A stretch of DNA of 62,962 nt, counting the filler, from Rhabdomonas costata (taxonomy: Eukaryota), in the NCBI GenBank assembly GCA_019059605.1. It is 52 parts of 52 records of this genome, joined end to end, with 100 filler letters (N's around TTAATTAATTAA, not from the genome) between each part and the next. Parts side by side here need not be neighbours in the genome. Positions count along the whole stretch, not along the records: positions 59,429 to 60,540 come from JAHMHO010028003.1; positions 60,641 to 61,751 come from JAHMHO010028004.1; positions 61,852 to 62,962 come from JAHMHO010028005.1; 49 more parts are not named here. One strand, given 5' to 3'. How positions within the stretch are numbered: position 1 is the first letter of the stretch; every line of letters starts with the position of its first letter. Positions 59,893 to 62,962 of the stretch are shown here, in pieces. Made by a program: the position numbers and the translations under genes. The notes under the pieces are model-generated. The model did not search any database, had not been told where the DNA came from, and worked only from the letters and a program-made list of their open reading frames with translations.

Positions 59893-61934
59893 CCCAAGAA
59901 ACCCCCCACAAAAAACTAATAGGCGCTCCTCAGGCTCCTTATGCAGTCAGCTGGTGACGCAGAGGGAAAGAAAGACAGATACTAAAACAAATTCAAGCTG
60001 GCGAAGAAAGAAGATACTTCGGGTAGCAACAAGGAAGAAATTCCGGGTTGTGGTCTGAGCCGCTCCGAGGCAGCCAGCAGCCACTCTTTCGAGCCACAGG
60101 AAGAGATAAAGAGCTTTATTTACCCGCAGCATAAGCAAATGAGAATGTCACCCAAAGCCCGTCCGCGACCGGGTTTGCTCAGGAAGGCAATAAAGCGCAG
60201 AAGACCTCACAGTGGTGCGTAGGGGAAGGCACGTCATGCCAGGAAACGCTTTAACAGTGTTTGTGCATTTGTCGCCAGCAGCGTTGAAATTCCAGCCGGC
60301 GCTCGAAAATTCGGGAAGCGCTTTTTTCGCTTCAGTCAAAACGGAGTGCTTTTGCTTTTTCCCTAAGAACGAGTGCTTTTGCAAATGGAAACGCACAGGG
60401 TCGAGGAAGGAACAGCAGCAAAGAACTCTGAGGGGAAGGAGGAAACAGGGGCGACCCCTGACCGCTTCCTACATATGCACACAACATCTGCAGAATCGCC
60501 CACTCCGGGGCACCACCCCCCACCACACACACCCACCACANNNNNNNNNNNNNNNNNNNNNNNNNNNNNNNNNNNNNNNNNNNNTTAATTAATTAANNNN
60601 NNNNNNNNNNNNNNNNNNNNNNNNNNNNNNNNNNNNNNNNTCCATGTTCCGAGCTCGACGTCATTGATTCTTTATAGCGCAATTAAGAAAATGAATGAGA
60701 TTATACTGAAACAACAACAAAACTCCAAGAGCAGAGAAGCATTTCTTTTTATTCTGCATCCCAACTCCATTCATTCTTTTGGGTTGTGATGGGCAACGAG
60801 CATACGCAGTGCAGGCCCCAACCGCAGTCTGAGCTTCCTCCTGCACCGGCGGCTGGGCTGAGCAAGGGGCGGCGAGCGCACGGCGAGTTGGGCCTGTAAA
60901 ATGGCAAATATTCAACCGTAGGTTCGTTCATAATCTCTTAAGTGCGAGATGGTCATGTGGTAAGGCGTTTCTGCCAAGACGACCTTCATCGTCTGAAAAA
61001 AAGGCTGGCTGCATTGGAGAAAATATCCCTTCAAAACGCGCTCGAAAACAAATCGGTCAGATTACACTGCCTTGAGGAAATGGCCTCGAACGAGAAGGAT
61101 GTGGTTGCACCAGAACTGCTATACTCTTGCAATTAAAAATGGATGCTCAAGGAAGTGGGCACATCAACATTTTCGGTGTTGGAAAAAAAAGACCCCCCAC
61201 CCCCATAAGAGCCAAAAGTGACCTGGCCAGCTTTCGACGCACACCCAGCGCTGCCTTCCAGCAGCGACGGCCCGGAAAATCCCTGTGATGTTTTTGATTT
61301 CCTCACGAGACAGTTGAACAGAAAGAACTGTCCTTCAAATCAGATCAAAAACTTTGACATACATTCACACATACAAGTATCAAGTAACGAACAACAGCTT
61401 CTCCGCCATCGTAAACATGTAAGGGCACAAAGAAGCAGAACCAACCAGGTGACGCAGAGCATTGTTAAGTTTTGCTTTCACAGATGTCATTTGCTTCATC
61501 GTCTCCAAAGAGTTCCAAAGAGGAACTCCGCACTCAATCCTTCTCATAGATCAGGTGAAGCGAGAAAAATGAGGCACCACAAACCAAGTTTTTGCGAAGA
61601 GAAAACCGAAAACAAACACCCAAGTTCACCGAGTTCAATGCATTTTGCGTCATCATATATAGGATATGCCCATTGCTACGGTTTTTATTATTTTAACTTT
61701 CGGTGTTCGGCCGTTGTCTATCAGTGGACCATATATCAGTGCAACAAACCCNNNNNNNNNNNNNNNNNNNNNNNNNNNNNNNNNNNNNNNNNNNNTTAAT
61801 TAATTAANNNNNNNNNNNNNNNNNNNNNNNNNNNNNNNNNNNNNNNNNNNNTTTTGTGGGGCCCACTTCCAGAAAACATGTTTAGTTGGTGGTCCCGCAG
61901 GGTCAGGGAATGATTGTTTCACAGTTGGAAGTGA

Positions 61935-62870
<936 letters not shown>

Positions 62871-62962
62871 GCCCAGCGGTGAAGCTCCAGGTAACTATAT
62901 GTTTTCGTCAAAGCACCGCTGGTGATCAGCAATAGAACACCTCCAGCAAGTAAATAACCAAA

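Overview
This window is not one locus. It is 52 unlinked contigs of about 1.11 kb, joined by artificial 100-nt spacers (44 N + TTAATTAATTAA + 44 N), so neighbouring features imply no linkage. The DNA is eukaryotic nuclear sequence with short GC-rich exons and mostly GT-AG introns. An articulin-type VPV-repeat pellicle protein, a class I Fe-S fumarase and many Cache/HAMP/cyclase-like receptor fragments point to a euglenid (inference). Recognisable gene fragments are RPS23, U2AF small subunit, CBP80/NCBP1, phosphoglucomutase, PIMT, an APRT-like PRTase, a papain-family protease, an MDR oxidoreductase, a crotonase, an LRR protein, ZZ zinc-finger, EF-hand and SHIPPO-repeat proteins, an ADP-ribosylglycohydrolase and a probable mono-ADP-ribosyltransferase. 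There are also decayed Ty3/Gypsy, DIRS-like and possibly Penelope-like elements. The best unexplained signals are: (1) a ~350-385 nt non-coding repeat found three times, each beside an exon in inferred intron sequence and in the same orientation as the host transcript; (2) a 986-bp circular or tandem unit; (3) an expanded receptor-cyclase family with degenerate catalytic motifs; (4) GC donors and G-rich acceptors. Long perfect palindromes and A/C-rich tails at contig ends are best explained as library or sequencing artefacts. No complete novel system can be demonstrated from 1-kb fragments, and all protein calls come from motif recognition by eye, not database searches.
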